Assembly (NCBI GenBank): GCA_964425225.1
Contig: CAYRMD010000010.1
Span: 16,712 to 80,711, forward strand
DNA length: 64,000 bases
Source: an uncultured Pirellulaceae bacterium
Lineage (GTDB): Bacteria > Planctomycetota > Planctomycetia > Pirellulales > Pirellulaceae
Reading direction: 5' to 3'
This document shows positions 48,531-59,043 of this stretch, one piece after another. Under the pieces are notes generated by a model. The model was not told where the DNA came from, ran no database searches, and was given only the letters and a program-made list of their open reading frames with translations. A program made the position numbers and the translations under genes. Positions within the stretch are counted from its first letter, which is position 1; each line of letters opens with the position of its first letter.

Positions 48531-49253
48531 ATGGTCAAAGGGATACTCGGCCGTAAAATCGGCATGACGCAACTATTCGACGAGTCGGGTACGGCTATTC
48601 CGGTGACCGTGATTCAAGCAGGTCCGTGCCACGTGCTTCAGATCCGTTCCATGGAGCGGGACGGTTATACGGCGGTTCAGCTTGGTTTTCTCGATAAGAA
48701 ACGTCCCCGCGGAAAGCGCATTTGGCCCAGTCAAGCATCGCGAGCCGAACGTGGCCATGTAGCGGATATTGGAAGTGCTCGTTCGCGTCGTTTGCGCGAG
48801 GCTGGTGTTGAGCTTCTGCCCAAAGCCAACTGTGAACCGAAGCGGTTTATTCGCGAACTGCGAGGCGATACGACTGGTTATCAAGTTGGTCAGGTCATTA
48901 CGGTAAGTGATTTGGCAGGGGTTGCGGCTGTTGATGTGACCGGCATCAGCAAAGGCCGAGGTTTTGCCGGCGTCATGAAGCGGCATGGCTTTGCCGGCTT
49001 GCGGGCAAGTCACGGTACGAAAAAAGTACACCGCCAAATGGGTACTACGGGTGGCTTGGCGGCCTGGCGAGGAGGTGGGCGTCCGAAGAAGGGCAAACGC
49101 ATGCCGGGGCATTATGGTAATTGTCGGGCGACGGTACGAAACCTGAAGGTCGTAAAGATCGATCCGCAACGTAACCTTTTAGTCGTGCGAGGCGCGGTGC
49201 CGGGCCCCAATGGTGGATTTGTTATCATCCGTCAGACGAACAAGGTGGGTTGA
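48531..49253 (+). CDS. rplC: 50S ribosomal protein L3
   Basis: MVKGILGRKIGMTQLFDESGTAIPVTVIQAGPC.... Confidence 0.96.
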   Translation: MVKGILGRKIGMTQLFDESGTAIPVTVIQAGPCHVLQIRSMERDGYTAVQLGFLDKKRPRGKRIWPSQASRAERGHVADIGSARSRRLREAGVELLPKANCEPKRFIRELRGDTTGYQVGQVITVSDLAGVAAVDVTGISKGRGFAGVMKRHGFAGLRASHGTKKVHRQMGTTGGLAAWRGGGRPKKGKRMPGHYGNCRATVRNLKVVKIDPQRNLLVVRGAVPGPNGGFVIIRQTNKVG

Positions 49254-49303
49254 TCCAACAGTGCACGGAATTTCGGGCACGAGGCACATAAGGGTATACA
49301 CGC

Positions 49304-49954
49304 ATGATCTACTTGCCGGTGTTCGATACAACAGGTCAACAGGTTGACCAGTATCCGATCGACGTTGAGCTGCTTGCTCCTCGCATCAATAAACAGTTGT
49401 TGCATGATGCTGTGGTGATGTATCAGGCCAATGAGCGTTTGGGGACGTTCCGCACCAAATCGCGGGGAGAGGTGGCCGGTTCGACGCGCAAACTCTATCG
49501 GCAAAAGGGCACAGGCCGTGCGCGGGTGGGGACACGCCGTACGGGCAAGCGTGTCGGCGGAGGGCACACGTTCGCCAAACGTCCGCGCGATTTTTCTTAC
49601 CGTTTGCCGAGAAAAGCACTGTTACTTGCCACGCGCATCGCGCTGGCGGGCAAGGTCCGCGACCAGCAGGTCGTGGTCCTTCAGGAATTTACGCTATCGG
49701 AGGCTAAGACACGTGAAGTGATCGGGGTGTTGAAGAATTTGAACATCGCAGGCCAGAAAACCTTGATCGTACCTGCAGCACACGATCCGGTGCTGTGGCG
49801 CTGCGCTCGCAATATCCAGGGCATCTCGATGCAGCCGGCTGCTGAGGTCAATGCTCTGAGTTTATTGCTGCCGAAACGGGTACTGTTTACGCGATCCGGA
49901 TTGGATGCTTTGATAGCTCGGTTGTTGCCAGCGGCCGTACCTGCCGGCGCGTAA
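49304..49954 (+). CDS. rplD: 50S ribosomal protein L4
   Basis: RQKGTGRARVGTRRTGKRVGGGHTFAKRPRDFSYRLPRK. Confidence 0.96.
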   Translation: MIYLPVFDTTGQQVDQYPIDVELLAPRINKQLLHDAVVMYQANERLGTFRTKSRGEVAGSTRKLYRQKGTGRARVGTRRTGKRVGGGHTFAKRPRDFSYRLPRKALLLATRIALAGKVRDQQVVVLQEFTLSEAKTREVIGVLKNLNIAGQKTLIVPAAHDPVLWRCARNIQGISMQPAAEVNALSLLLPKRVLFTRSGLDALIARLLPAAVPAGA

Positions 49955-50003
49955 ACTCAATCGTGCATTGTGGAAGCGACGAAGCTCGTAGGGGAAACAA
50001 CAT

Positions 50004-50327
50004 ATGGCGAAGCCTCGAACAACCAAATCTCCGGAGGGCAATCGGCTGCTGCCGCACCAAATCCTCATTCGACCGTTGGTAAGTGAGAAGGCCTTAGCGC
50101 AGGCAGAGCGCTATCATCACTATGCGTTTGAAGTGCATCCGCAGGCAACAAAGCCTCAAATCAAAGAAGCAGTCGAACAGTTATTTGATGTAAAAGTGGT
50201 AGAAGTCCGTACGCAGAATCGTTGCGGCAAACCGCGGCGGTATCGCTTTCGCCAGGGCCGCACCAAGTCATGGAAAAAAGCAATTGTTACTTTGGACAAA
50301 GAGTATCGAATTGCCTTGATCAGTTAA
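50004..50327 (+). CDS. rplW: 50S ribosomal protein L23
   Basis: ILIRPLVSEKALAQAERYHHYAFEVHPQATKPQIKEAVEQLFDVKV. Confidence 0.95.
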   Translation: MAKPRTTKSPEGNRLLPHQILIRPLVSEKALAQAERYHHYAFEVHPQATKPQIKEAVEQLFDVKVVEVRTQNRCGKPRRYRFRQGRTKSWKKAIVTLDKEYRIALIS

Positions 50328-50438
50328 AGGCACGCGTTGTGTCGTCCAGCCGTACTGGAAGTTAGCTGTGCTGCCTGGGGACTGAGGAAGCCCGAGGGGT
50401 ACAGTAGCCGAAGACGGCGAGCGTAAGGAGGCCCTTCC

Positions 50439-51302
50439 ATGGGCATTCGCAAATATAGGCCGACGTCGCCGGGGCGTCGTGCAGCATCGGTGAGTGATTT
50501 TTCCGAGCTGACTCCGGGGGCTCGTCCGGAGCGCTCGTTGTTGCGCCCGTTGCACAAGACGGGTGGTCGCAATAACCAAGGAGTCATCACGGCTCGCCAT
50601 CGCGGTGGTGGTCATAAGCGGTTGTATCGGCTGATCGATTTTCATCGCACCAAGGATGGGGTACCGGCTCGAGTAGCGTCGATTCAGTACGATCCGAACC
50701 GAAGTGCCCGTATTGCGCTGTTGCATTATGCCGATGGGGAAAAACGCTATATTATCGCGCCGGATGGGTTGAAGGTGGGGGACCACGTAGAAAACGGTCC
50801 TCAAGCACCACCGTCGGTGGGCAATTGCCTGCCGTTGCGTAACATTCCATTGGGGATGGATATCCATTGTATTGAGATGGTACCGGGTAAGGGCGCCGCT
50901 TTGTGCCGTAGTGCTGGCGTGCACGCCACATTGGTGGCTCGCGAAGCCAACTGGGCTCAGATTGCTCTTCCCAGTGGCGAGATCCGGCGCGTGCCTGCCG
51001 CCTGCCGCGCGACGATCGGTAAAGTGGGCAATCCCGACCACATGAACATTCAGATCGGAAAGGCGGGTCGCAATCGGTGGCTCGGTTGGCGCCCGTACGT
51101 GCGCGGAACGGCGATGAACCCGATCGATCATCCGCATGGGGGAGGTGAGGGGCGCACGAAGGGCGGCCGCCATCCGGTGAGCCCTACAGGCAAATCAGCC
51201 AAAGGTGGGGCGACGCGCAAGCGTCGCAAACCGTCCAATGCGGCGATTATCCGGCGGCGTCGTTCGGTTCGGTACGGCCAACTGAAGCTCCCGTCTCGCT
51301 AG
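50439..51302 (+). CDS. rplB: 50S ribosomal protein L2
   Basis: [26 protein letters not shown]...[15 protein letters not shown]. Confidence 0.98.
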   Translation: MGIRKYRPTSPGRRAASVSDFSELTPGARPERSLLRPLHKTGGRNNQGVITARHRGGGHKRLYRLIDFHRTKDGVPARVASIQYDPNRSARIALLHYADGEKRYIIAPDGLKVGDHVENGPQAPPSVGNCLPLRNIPLGMDIHCIEMVPGKGAALCRSAGVHATLVAREANWAQIALPSGEIRRVPAACRATIGKVGNPDHMNIQIGKAGRNRWLGWRPYVRGTAMNPIDHPHGGGEGRTKGGRHPVSPTGKSAKGGATRKRRKPSNAAIIRRRRSVRYGQLKLPSR

Positions 51303-51378
51303 CCGTTATGCAGGAGATGCAATCCCAGTGGGACGGACATGGGATAGGGTGGTTCATGGTTAGTAGTGAGGTGGGACG

Positions 51379-51660
51379 ATGGGTCGATCGTTGAAAAAAG
51401 GTCCATATGTCGATCCGAAGCTGCACGCCAAAGTGCTCGAGGCACTGCGGACCGGCAATAAGGAACCGATTAAGACTTGGGCTCGCGCGTGCACCATCAT
51501 CCCGGAGTTTGTGGGGTTCACATTCCTGGTGCACAATGGCAAGCAGCATGTCAAAGTGTTTGTCACGGAGGAAATGGTTGATCATCGGCTGGGTGAGTTT
51601 GCACCGACGCGTATTTTCCGCGGCCATGGCGGTCGTGCCGCCAAGAAAGCGGCCACTTGA
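51379..51660 (+). CDS. rpsS: 30S ribosomal protein S19
   Basis: [15 protein letters not shown]...[30 protein letters not shown]. Confidence 0.98.
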   Translation: MGRSLKKGPYVDPKLHAKVLEALRTGNKEPIKTWARACTIIPEFVGFTFLVHNGKQHVKVFVTEEMVDHRLGEFAPTRIFRGHGGRAAKKAAT

Positions 51661-51678
51661 TCGACAGGAGATTCGGTC

Positions 51679-52035
51679 ATGCGCTTCCGTGCCATCCATC
51701 GTTTTGCCCGCATTAGCCCGCGAAAAGTGCGACGGCTCGCAGACTTGATTCGCAACAAGCTCGCGGATGAAGCACTGGAGATTCTCAAGTTTCAGCCACA
51801 TCGCGGCGCTAGAATGCTGGAAAAAGTGCTCAACAGTGCCATCGCCAATGCCATGGACCCGGAGCAGAATCCCGGTCGCAACCTCCGGCCTACTGACTTA
51901 GTGGTCGTGGACGTGCGGGTCGACGGTGGACCGATGTTTAAACGCATTCGGCCGCGTGCTCGCGGCATGGCTCACGTCATCCTGCGCCGCACGTCCCATA
52001 TCCGAGTTGAAGTCGAGGACATTGACAGATTGTAA
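51679..52035 (+). CDS. rplV: 50S ribosomal protein L22
   Basis: ARISPRKVRRLADLIR...VDGGPMFKRIRPRARGMAHVILRRTSHI. Confidence 0.97.
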   Translation: MRFRAIHRFARISPRKVRRLADLIRNKLADEALEILKFQPHRGARMLEKVLNSAIANAMDPEQNPGRNLRPTDLVVVDVRVDGGPMFKRIRPRARGMAHVILRRTSHIRVEVEDIDRL

Positions 52036-52091
52036 GATGAGTTAATCTACGGTTACGAACCGTTGGCACGTTACCAAGGAATGCAACGAGC

Positions 52092-52805
52092 ATGGGTCAG
52101 AAGGTCAATCCAATCGTCTTTCGCACCGGCGTGATGATGGGGTGGAAGAGCCAGTGGTATGCGCCCAAAAAAGAGTTTGCCGAGTTGCTGTTGGAGGATT
52201 ACAAGATTCGAGAGTTTATCAAGAACAATCCTCAGCGCCCTCAATACAAGAATGCGGGAATCGATCGGATTGAAATCGAGCGGACGCGGGATGAAGTGAA
52301 GGTGAAACTTTATGTAGCGCGTCCCGGTCTGATCATCGGCAAGAAGGGGCAGGAAGTCGACCAGTTACAGCAGGACTTGCAGAATTTGGTGGGGCGGCGA
52401 GTGAACTTGAAAATCGAGGAGATCCAGCGTCCGGCATTGCATGCACAATTGGTAGCCGAAGACATCGCTCAGCAGCTTTCCAAACGAGCCAGCTTTCGGC
52501 GGACGATGAAACGCGCGATCGAGCAGACGATGGAAGCCGGAGCGAAAGGTATTAAAGTCCAGTTATCGGGTCGACTAGGCGGTGCCGAAATGGCTCGCTG
52601 CGAAAAACAAATCGCCGGCTCACTGCCGTTATCCACGTTGCGGGCGAAGATCGACTTCGGGTTTGCCGAAGCGCCGACGCCGCAGGGCAATATCGGCGTA
52701 CAGGTTTGGATCAATCAAGGAATGTACGAAGGAGACGAACGCGATGGCCCTGATGCCGAAGCGGGTCAAACATCGAAAAAGCCAAAGAGGACGATTAAGA
52801 GGTAA
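52092..52805 (+). CDS. rpsC: 30S ribosomal protein S3
   Basis: MGQKVNPIVFR...KH domain...ARPGLIIGKKG...GRLGGAEMAR. Has a basic/acidic C-terminal tail. Confidence 0.97.
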   Translation: MGQKVNPIVFRTGVMMGWKSQWYAPKKEFAELLLEDYKIREFIKNNPQRPQYKNAGIDRIEIERTRDEVKVKLYVARPGLIIGKKGQEVDQLQQDLQNLVGRRVNLKIEEIQRPALHAQLVAEDIAQQLSKRASFRRTMKRAIEQTMEAGAKGIKVQLSGRLGGAEMARCEKQIAGSLPLSTLRAKIDFGFAEAPTPQGNIGVQVWINQGMYEGDERDGPDAEAGQTSKKPKRTIKR

Positions 52806-53160
52806 CGCGACGCGAGGCAATCGCGTCGTGTTCGGCGACTACGGCTTACAGGCCACTCAGGCCGGCTGGATTAAGGCGCAAACGATCGAGGCGGGTCGTA
52901 TTGCCGCGCAGCAGTATGTGCGCGGTGAAGGGCGGCTGTATGTCCGCGTTTTCCCCCACAAACCTGTCACCAGTATTCCCTTGGAAACGCGTATGGGCAA
53001 AGGAAAAGGAGAGCCGGAATATTGGGTGGCGTGTGTCAAGCCTGGCACGATTTTGTATGAATTAGGTGGAGTGACCGAAGAACAGGCCCGTATTTGTTTC
53101 GCTCGCTTGGCCCACAAAATGCCGGTGCGAGTCCGTTTCGTGCGTCGCCGACCGGTGTAA
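52744..53160 (+). CDS. rplP: 50S ribosomal protein L16
   Basis: MALMPKRVKHRKSQRGRLRG...RMGKGKGEPEYWVACVKPG. Overlaps the rpsC 3' end by about 62 nt. Confidence 0.95.
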   Translation: MALMPKRVKHRKSQRGRLRGNATRGNRVVFGDYGLQATQAGWIKAQTIEAGRIAAQQYVRGEGRLYVRVFPHKPVTSIPLETRMGKGKGEPEYWVACVKPGTILYELGGVTEEQARICFARLAHKMPVRVRFVRRRPV

Positions 53161-53192
53161 AGCCACGTCGGACGGTCCGGGAGTCAAAGGCG

Positions 53193-53411
53193 ATGAAGGC
53201 TCGGGAATTGCGGGAAATGAGCGACGAGCAGTTGGCGTTGACGCTGCGGGACGCCGAGCAGAATCTGTTTCGGCTCCGCATGCAAAAACAAACCGCTCGA
53301 TTGGATGCGACTAGCGAGTTGCGCAAGCATCGGAAGTTGATTGCCCGAATAAAAACGATCCAACGGGAGCGGGAGTCCCAACGCGCGCAGCCGTCCAACC
53401 CGTCGGCTTGA
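53193..53411 (+). CDS. rpmC: 50S ribosomal protein L29
   Basis: MKARELREMSDEQLALTLRDAEQNLFRLRMQ. Confidence 0.95.
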   Translation: MKARELREMSDEQLALTLRDAEQNLFRLRMQKQTARLDATSELRKHRKLIARIKTIQRERESQRAQPSNPSA

Positions 53412-53482
53412 GCTGCTCCAATGCCGTCCCGTGGGTATGGTTAACTAGCAAGTGCTACCTGTTGACCGAGGGAAACGTGTGT

Positions 53483-53821
53483 ATGCCGAAACGTCGAGCC
53501 ATTGGCATCGTAACGAGCGACAAAATGTCCAAGACGCGGCGCGTTGAAGTTCCCCGCACGACCCGACATCCGCTGTACGGTAAGGTGTTGCATCGCCGTA
53601 CGATTTGTTATGTGCATGATGAGAACAATGAATCGCAAGTGGGTGATCGGGTGGAGATTGAAGAGTCTCGCCCGTTATCGCGATTGAAACGTTGGCGGTT
53701 GGTACGGATCGTCGAACGGGCACGGGATATCGAGCTAGCCGCACGGAACGTGGCAAGCAGTGTCGAGGCCGACCCGAATCAAAGGGGTGAAGAAACTTCT
53801 TCCTCCCACATCGGGCAATAG
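53483..53821 (+). CDS. rpsQ: 30S ribosomal protein S17 (with ~30 aa C-terminal tail)
   Basis: IGIVTSDKMSKTRRVEV...HPLYGKVLHRRTICYVHDENNESQVGDRVEIEESRPLSRLKRWRL. Confidence 0.95.
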   Translation: MPKRRAIGIVTSDKMSKTRRVEVPRTTRHPLYGKVLHRRTICYVHDENNESQVGDRVEIEESRPLSRLKRWRLVRIVERARDIELAARNVASSVEADPNQRGEETSSSHIGQ

Positions 53822-53833
53822 GAGTTGTCCAAC

Positions 53834-54202
53834 ATGATCCAACAACAAACCCGCTTGAACGTCGCCGATAACACGGGCGCCAAGGAAGTTATGTGTATTA
53901 AGGTCTTGGGAGGTTCGCGACGACGGTACGCTAGTTTGGGAGATGTGATCGTCTGTAGCGTTAAGAGTGTCATTCCCGGATCGGACATTAAAAAGAAGGC
54001 CGTAGTTCGCGCGGTGGTCGTTCGCACCAAGCAACCCGTGCGCCGGACGGACGGCAGTTACGTGCGTTTCGACAGCAATGCGGTAGTGATCATCGACAAC
54101 GAAAACAACCCAAAAGGCACACGTATTTTTGGCGCTGTGGCTCGGGAGTTACGGGAACGCAATTTTATGAAAATCGTGAGCCTGGCAGCTGAAGTGGTGT
54201 AA
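53834..54202 (+). CDS. rplN: 50S ribosomal protein L14
   Basis: [28 protein letters not shown]...IRFDSNA-type block...[10 protein letters not shown]. Confidence 0.98.
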   Translation: MIQQQTRLNVADNTGAKEVMCIKVLGGSRRRYASLGDVIVCSVKSVIPGSDIKKKAVVRAVVVRTKQPVRRTDGSYVRFDSNAVVIIDNENNPKGTRIFGAVARELRERNFMKIVSLAAEVV

Positions 54203-54254
54203 CCGGCGTGGCCAGCACGACATGCCGGAGGTTTCTAGCGGAAGCGGTGTGAAT

Positions 54255-54890
54255 ATGATTCCCCGGTTTTTGGAACGCTATCAAAAACAGGTGCTGCCAG
54301 CATTGGCCGAGCGACTCGGGAGACAAAACCCGCTGTCGCTTCCTCGATTGGAAAAAATCGTGGTCAATATGGGTGTCGGTAGCGCTATTCAGGATAAGAA
54401 AGATTTGGAGTTAGCGATGGATGCCTTAGCGCAGATCACAGGCCAGAAGCCGGTGATCACGAAGGCACGAAAATCGATCTCCAGTTTTCGTTTGCGCAAG
54501 GGCATGCCAATCGGCTGTAAGGTTACCTTGCGCGGGCGCAGGATGTATGAGTTTTTGGAACGATTGATTGTCTTAGCGCTGCCACGAGTGCGTGATTTTC
54601 GTGGCTTGAGCGATCAGGCCTTTGATGGTCACGGGAATTATAGCCTTGGGCTGAGTGAGCAACTGGTCTTTCCGGAACTGAATCCGGACAAGTACCCGAA
54701 GGTCCAAGGGATGAACATTACCATCGTAACAACCACCGACAGTGACGATGAGGCGCGCGAGCTATTGCGCTTAATGGGCATGCCGTTCCGCCGGCAGTCG
54801 GGCTCAGCCGATGCGGCGCAGCCAGCGGCACAATCAGGGGTTCTTGCACAAGTGAGGAGCAAGCGTGGCCAGCAAATCCAAAATCGCTAA
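54255..54890 (+). CDS. rplE: 50S ribosomal protein L5 (with ~35 aa C-terminal tail)
   Basis: [17 protein letters not shown]...[11 protein letters not shown]...[27 protein letters not shown]. The alternative start is ATG 54222. Confidence 0.95.
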   Translation: MIPRFLERYQKQVLPALAERLGRQNPLSLPRLEKIVVNMGVGSAIQDKKDLELAMDALAQITGQKPVITKARKSISSFRLRKGMPIGCKVTLRGRRMYEFLERLIVLALPRVRDFRGLSDQAFDGHGNYSLGLSEQLVFPELNPDKYPKVQGMNITIVTTTDSDDEARELLRLMGMPFRRQSGSADAAQPAAQSGVLAQVRSKRGQQIQNR

Positions 54891-55050
54891 GTCTCGACGC
54901 CCACCGAAGTTTTCCACTCGGTTTCGCCGACGCTGCAATATCTGTGGTCGTCCGCGAGCCGTTTATCGAAAGTTTGGCATCTGTAGGATCTGTTTCCGAA
55001 AATTGGCTGACCAAGGGTTAATTCCGGGTGTTCGCAAGGCGAGTTGGTAA
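54865..55050 (+). CDS. rpsZ: 30S ribosomal protein S14, type Z (zinc-ribbon form)
   Basis: 61 aa, [25 protein letters not shown] start overlaps the rplE tail. Confidence 0.95.
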   Translation: MASKSKIAKSRRPPKFSTRFRRRCNICGRPRAVYRKFGICRICFRKLADQGLIPGVRKASW

Positions 55051-55068
55051 GAGGGGACCGGTGCACGT

Positions 55069-55467
55069 ATGTTGTCTGACCCGATCGCCGATATGTTGAC
55101 CCGTATTCGCAATGCCGTGCGTGTCGACTTGCCTCATGTCGATATGCCGACCTCGAAAATCAAACGAGGTGTAGCCGACGTGCTCAAGCGCGAAGGATTC
55201 ATTTGGGACTGGCAGGAAGTCCAAGACGAATCGTCCCCGGTACCGCAACTGCGCATTGTGTTGAAGTACGTCAACGGTCAAGGCTTGATCCAGTCGATCC
55301 GGCGCATCAGCAAGCCCGGAAGGCGCGTCTATATGAAGGCGTCCGAACTGCGACCAATCCTCAACGGCTTAGGGATTCGTATTCTCAGCACCAGTCGTGG
55401 AATTATGTCGGATCGCGAGGCACGGCGGCGCAAGATCGGTGGCGAGGTGCTAGCGGAAGTCTATTGA
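55069..55467 (+). CDS. rpsH: 30S ribosomal protein S8
   Basis: MLSDPIADMLTRIRNA...GIRILSTSRGIMSDREARRRKIGGEVLAEVY. Confidence 0.98.
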   Translation: MLSDPIADMLTRIRNAVRVDLPHVDMPTSKIKRGVADVLKREGFIWDWQEVQDESSPVPQLRIVLKYVNGQGLIQSIRRISKPGRRVYMKASELRPILNGLGIRILSTSRGIMSDREARRRKIGGEVLAEVY

Positions 55468-55516
55468 GTGCAGTCGGACTGCACACAATCCGAAAAGCGA
55501 AGGAGTACTGGCTGTC

Positions 55517-56065
55517 ATGTCACGTATTGGTAAAAAACCGGTGCTCATTCCCGACGGAGTTCAAGTTACCCTGGAAAATCATACGGTCACGGTTCAAGGC
55601 CCCAAGGGCAGCTTGAGCTTGAAGTATCGGCCCGAAGTCACCGTCGAATTAGTCACAGGCGATCGGGGCAAGCAGCTAGTCGTGTCGCGTACCATCGAAT
55701 CTCGCTTGGCACGCGCCGTGCATGGCCTGACGCGGGCTTTGATCCAAAATATGGTCACCGGTGTTGTCCAAGGCTATGAAAAGCGATTGGAAATTGTCGG
55801 GGTCGGTTATTTGGCAGCCGTCCAGGGGCGAACGCTCGAATTGCGCGTCGGTTTTGCTAACGAAGTACGAGTTGCAATCCCCGAGGGTCTGCAAGTTCAA
55901 TGTCCGGATCAGACGCATATCGTGATTCGCGGATGTGATAAGCAGTTGGTCGGACAGTTTGCGGCAGCCGTACGCGCCATCCGCAAACCCGAGCCGTATA
56001 AGGGTAAAGGCATTCGATACGAAGGCGAGCACATTAAGCTCAAACCGGGTAAGACCACAACGTAG
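55517..56065 (+). CDS. rplF: 50S ribosomal protein L6
   Basis: MSRIGKKPVLIPDGVQVTLENHTVTVQGPKGSL...PEPYKGKGIRYEGE. Confidence 0.98.
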   Translation: MSRIGKKPVLIPDGVQVTLENHTVTVQGPKGSLSLKYRPEVTVELVTGDRGKQLVVSRTIESRLARAVHGLTRALIQNMVTGVVQGYEKRLEIVGVGYLAAVQGRTLELRVGFANEVRVAIPEGLQVQCPDQTHIVIRGCDKQLVGQFAAAVRAIRKPEPYKGKGIRYEGEHIKLKPGKTTT

Positions 56066-56102
56066 CGGGCTTGGCTAGCGCGACGATCGGAGGGATCAAC
56101 AG

Positions 56103-56483
56103 GTGACGTATATCAAATCGGAGTTGAAGAAAATCGATGCACGCCGGCGCCGCCGGCGTCTGTCGGTGCGCAATCGACTGCGCCGGAATTTATCACGGCC
56201 GCGTTTGTCGGTCTTTCGCAGCAATCGGCATATCCGTGCGCAGATCATCGATGACCAAGTTGGCCGAACGCTGGTTTCGGCTAGCACGTTGGACCGGACC
56301 ATCCGCGGCCAAATTGCCAAACCTTACAATAAAGAAGCTGCAGTGGTTGTTGGTCGGTTGATCGCCGAGCGAGCCTTGGCTGCCGGAATACGCCAAGTGC
56401 GCTTTGACCGCGGTCATTATAAGTACCACGGCCGCGTGGCTGCTCTGGCCGAGGCAGCTCGACAAGCCGGGCTTGAATTTTAG
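56103..56483 (+). CDS. rplR: 50S ribosomal protein L18
   Basis: [20 protein letters not shown]...[26 protein letters not shown]. Confidence 0.97.
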   Translation: MTYIKSELKKIDARRRRRRLSVRNRLRRNLSRPRLSVFRSNRHIRAQIIDDQVGRTLVSASTLDRTIRGQIAKPYNKEAAVVVGRLIAERALAAGIRQVRFDRGHYKYHGRVAALAEAARQAGLEF

Positions 56484-56494
56484 GAGATCTCCAC

Positions 56495-56980
56495 GTGGCA
56501 TCCGATGCGCCCAGTGACAAAATGATCGAACATACCGTGGCGGTCAAACGCTGTGCCGCAGTTGTCAAAGGCGGACGCCGCTTTAGCTTCGCCGCGATGG
56601 TGGTAGTAGGTGATGGAAAAGGCCGCGTGGGAATCGGCTACGGCAAGGCCAACGAAGTCCCCCCCGCGGTCGAAAAAGCCAAGAACCAAGCAGCACGTTC
56701 CATGGTCTCGATCCCCCTGGTTAACGGTACGATTCCTCACGAGGTGACCGGCCGATATGGTGCGGCCCATGTCGTACTTCTGCCGGCCGGACCCGGAACC
56801 GGGATTAAGGCAGGGGCGGCTGTTCGTGCCGTGTGTGACGCCGCCGGAGTTCGGAATGTTTTGACGAAGAGTTTCCGTAGCAATAACGGCGTATTATTGG
56901 TCAAAGCCACGTTGCGGGCTCTGCAACAACTGCGAAGCCGTGAACAGGTCGAACAAATGCGAGGAGTAACCTTGTCATGA
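56495..56980 (+). CDS. rpsE: 30S ribosomal protein S5
   Basis: VKRCAAVVKGGRRFSFAAMVVVGDGKGRVGIGYGKANEVPPAVEKA. GTG start follows TAGGAG. Confidence 0.97.
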   Translation: MASDAPSDKMIEHTVAVKRCAAVVKGGRRFSFAAMVVVGDGKGRVGIGYGKANEVPPAVEKAKNQAARSMVSIPLVNGTIPHEVTGRYGAAHVVLLPAGPGTGIKAGAAVRAVCDAAGVRNVLTKSFRSNNGVLLVKATLRALQQLRSREQVEQMRGVTLS

Positions 56981-57465
56981 ACGTCCATGACGTCCATCGG
57001 GGTATCCACCCGCACCGGCAACGAAAGCGCGTCGGACGCGGTCCCGGTTCGGGCCATGGTAAGACATCGGGCCGTGGTCATAAAGGACAAAAGTCCCATA
57101 ATGGCTGGCGGATGCCCCCGACGTTTCAAGGCGGCGCAATGCCCTTGGTGCGGCGGGTTCCCAAGCGTGGTTTCCACAACCGCTTTGCACCGATTGTGGC
57201 CGAAGTCAATGTGGGCCAACTTGAAAAGTACTTCCAGGATGGTGATCTGGTGACGGCCGATCACTTGGTAGAAGTAGGTTTAATCGGCGGTGCGTTCGAT
57301 CAAGTGAAAATCCTGGGAGATGGCAATTTGGCGAAAAAGCTCACGGTAATCGCCCACCGCTTTAGCGCTTCAGCCGAACAAAAGATCGTACAGGCTGGCG
57401 GCCAAATCCAACGGCTGCCCGGGCCGAAACCACCGCAAAGAAAAACAGAGGTGACCGCTTCCTAG
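56977..57465 (+). CDS. rplO: 50S ribosomal protein L15
   Basis: RKRVGRGPGSGHGKTSGRGHKGQKS...GGAMPLVRRVPKRGF. Overlaps the rpsE stop by 4 nt. Confidence 0.97.
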   Translation: MNVHDVHRGIHPHRQRKRVGRGPGSGHGKTSGRGHKGQKSHNGWRMPPTFQGGAMPLVRRVPKRGFHNRFAPIVAEVNVGQLEKYFQDGDLVTADHLVEVGLIGGAFDQVKILGDGNLAKKLTVIAHRFSASAEQKIVQAGGQIQRLPGPKPPQRKTEVTAS

Positions 57466-57633
57466 CACATTTGCCCATTGCTGCACGCACCCTGCCCTTG
57501 CATCCTTGCGGAGGATTTCGAGGACCGCTTGGAAACAAGCAATTGCTGTTGGCGTCGTACCCTATAACAGCCATAATGAACACGCAGTGAATAGCTCAAT
57601 GAGTACACACGGGTCGTTCACAGGACTAGGTTC

Positions 57634-58989
57634 ATGTGGGAAAAAATTCGTGTTGTTTTCACGATTCCCGAGTTGCGGACAAAGATCCTGCTGACATTAG
57701 GTCTTCTGGCTGTCTACCGTATTGGTTATTGGGTTCCGCTACCGGTTGTCGATCAAGAAGCGCTCAGCGTGCAAACCGGCGGAGGTGGGTTCGGTGATCT
57801 GATTGCTAAAGTCTCGATTTTCAGTGCCAGCGATTTGAGCCAGGCGACCGTCTTTGGTCTCGGCATCATGCCCTATATTTCGGCCTCTATTATCTTCCAG
57901 TTATTGGGTACGGCGTGGAAACCCATCGAGGAGCTGCGTAAGGAAGGGGAAGCTGGGAGAAAAAAGATCAACGAGTACACTCGGTATCTAACTGTCGGGC
58001 TGTGCTTGATCCAAAGCTATTTTTACGTCCGGTGGTGGCTCATGGGGGCTAGCTCCGTCATTGATCCTGCCTACATCAGTACCCGCACAGGAACCCTTCA
58101 CTTTGGCTGGCAAATTACCACCGTCTTGATTATGACTTGTGGCACCATGTTCCTGATGTGGCTGGGTGAGCAAATCGATGAGTTCGGAATTGGGAATGGA
58201 ATCAGTCTTTTGATTATGGCGGGTATTTTGGCTAGGATGCCGGGCGCAGTTTGGAAGCAATTGACCAACATTGAATATCGGTTGGTAGGAATTGGTCAGG
58301 GCGAGATGGGTATTGAGACCTTAATTTTGCTGGTGGTACTTTTTGTTGGTGTTGTTCTGGGGGTGGTGTTTATTACCTTGGCCCAGCGTCGTATCCCCAC
58401 TCAAAGCGCCAAGCATGTGCGCGGTCGGCGAGTGTACGGAGGGACGCGACAATTCCTACCGTTGCGTATTAATCAGGCAGGGGTCATGCCCATCATCTTC
58501 GCTAGCAGCTTGCTCATGATCCCACACATGATTTTTAACGGTCTGGCGAATTTGCCCGGCCGGTGGGGAGGCTTTTTTGCTAACGTCTCGGCGATGTTTA
58601 ACGGCGTGTCGTTTGCTTACAACGTAATGTATATCGCGTTGATTTATTTCTTCTGTTACTTTTGGACTGCGATTACGTTCAATCCCAAGGAAATCTCGGA
58701 CAATTTAAAAGACCTGGGAACGTTCATTCCTGGTTACCGTCCTGGCAAGGCGACGGCCGATTATCTTGAAAAAGTAATGGTCCGCATCACGTATGTTGGC
58801 GCTGGTTTTCTTGCCGTGGTAGCCATTGTCCCGACCATCGTATCGCACTTTCTTGGCGTAGATATGGCGATCGCTAGTTTCTACGGAGGAACAGGGTTGT
58901 TGATTGCCGTGAGTGTGGCGTTTGACCTCGTGCAGAAGATCGATAGTCATCTGGTAATGAGAAATTACCGCGGGTTGCTGGAAGCTTAG
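57634..58989 (+). CDS. secY: Preprotein translocase subunit SecY
   Basis: Ten-TM profile. Blocks LGIMPYISASIIFQLL, GEQIDEFGIGNGISLLI and QAGVMPIIFASSLL. Confidence 0.98.
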   Translation: MWEKIRVVFTIPELRTKILLTLGLLAVYRIGYWVPLPVVDQEALSVQTGGGGFGDLIAKVSIFSASDLSQATVFGLGIMPYISASIIFQLLGTAWKPIEELRKEGEAGRKKINEYTRYLTVGLCLIQSYFYVRWWLMGASSVIDPAYISTRTGTLHFGWQITTVLIMTCGTMFLMWLGEQIDEFGIGNGISLLIMAGILARMPGAVWKQLTNIEYRLVGIGQGEMGIETLILLVVLFVGVVLGVVFITLAQRRIPTQSAKHVRGRRVYGGTRQFLPLRINQAGVMPIIFASSLLMIPHMIFNGLANLPGRWGGFFANVSAMFNGVSFAYNVMYIALIYFFCYFWTAITFNPKEISDNLKDLGTFIPGYRPGKATADYLEKVMVRITYVGAGFLAVVAIVPTIVSHFLGVDMAIASFYGGTGLLIAVSVAFDLVQKIDSHLVMRNYRGLLEA

Positions 58990-59043
58990 CTTTCCGCACG
59001 TTGATAGTAAATTGGGGAGGGCAACAAGAGGAGGACGTAGCCA

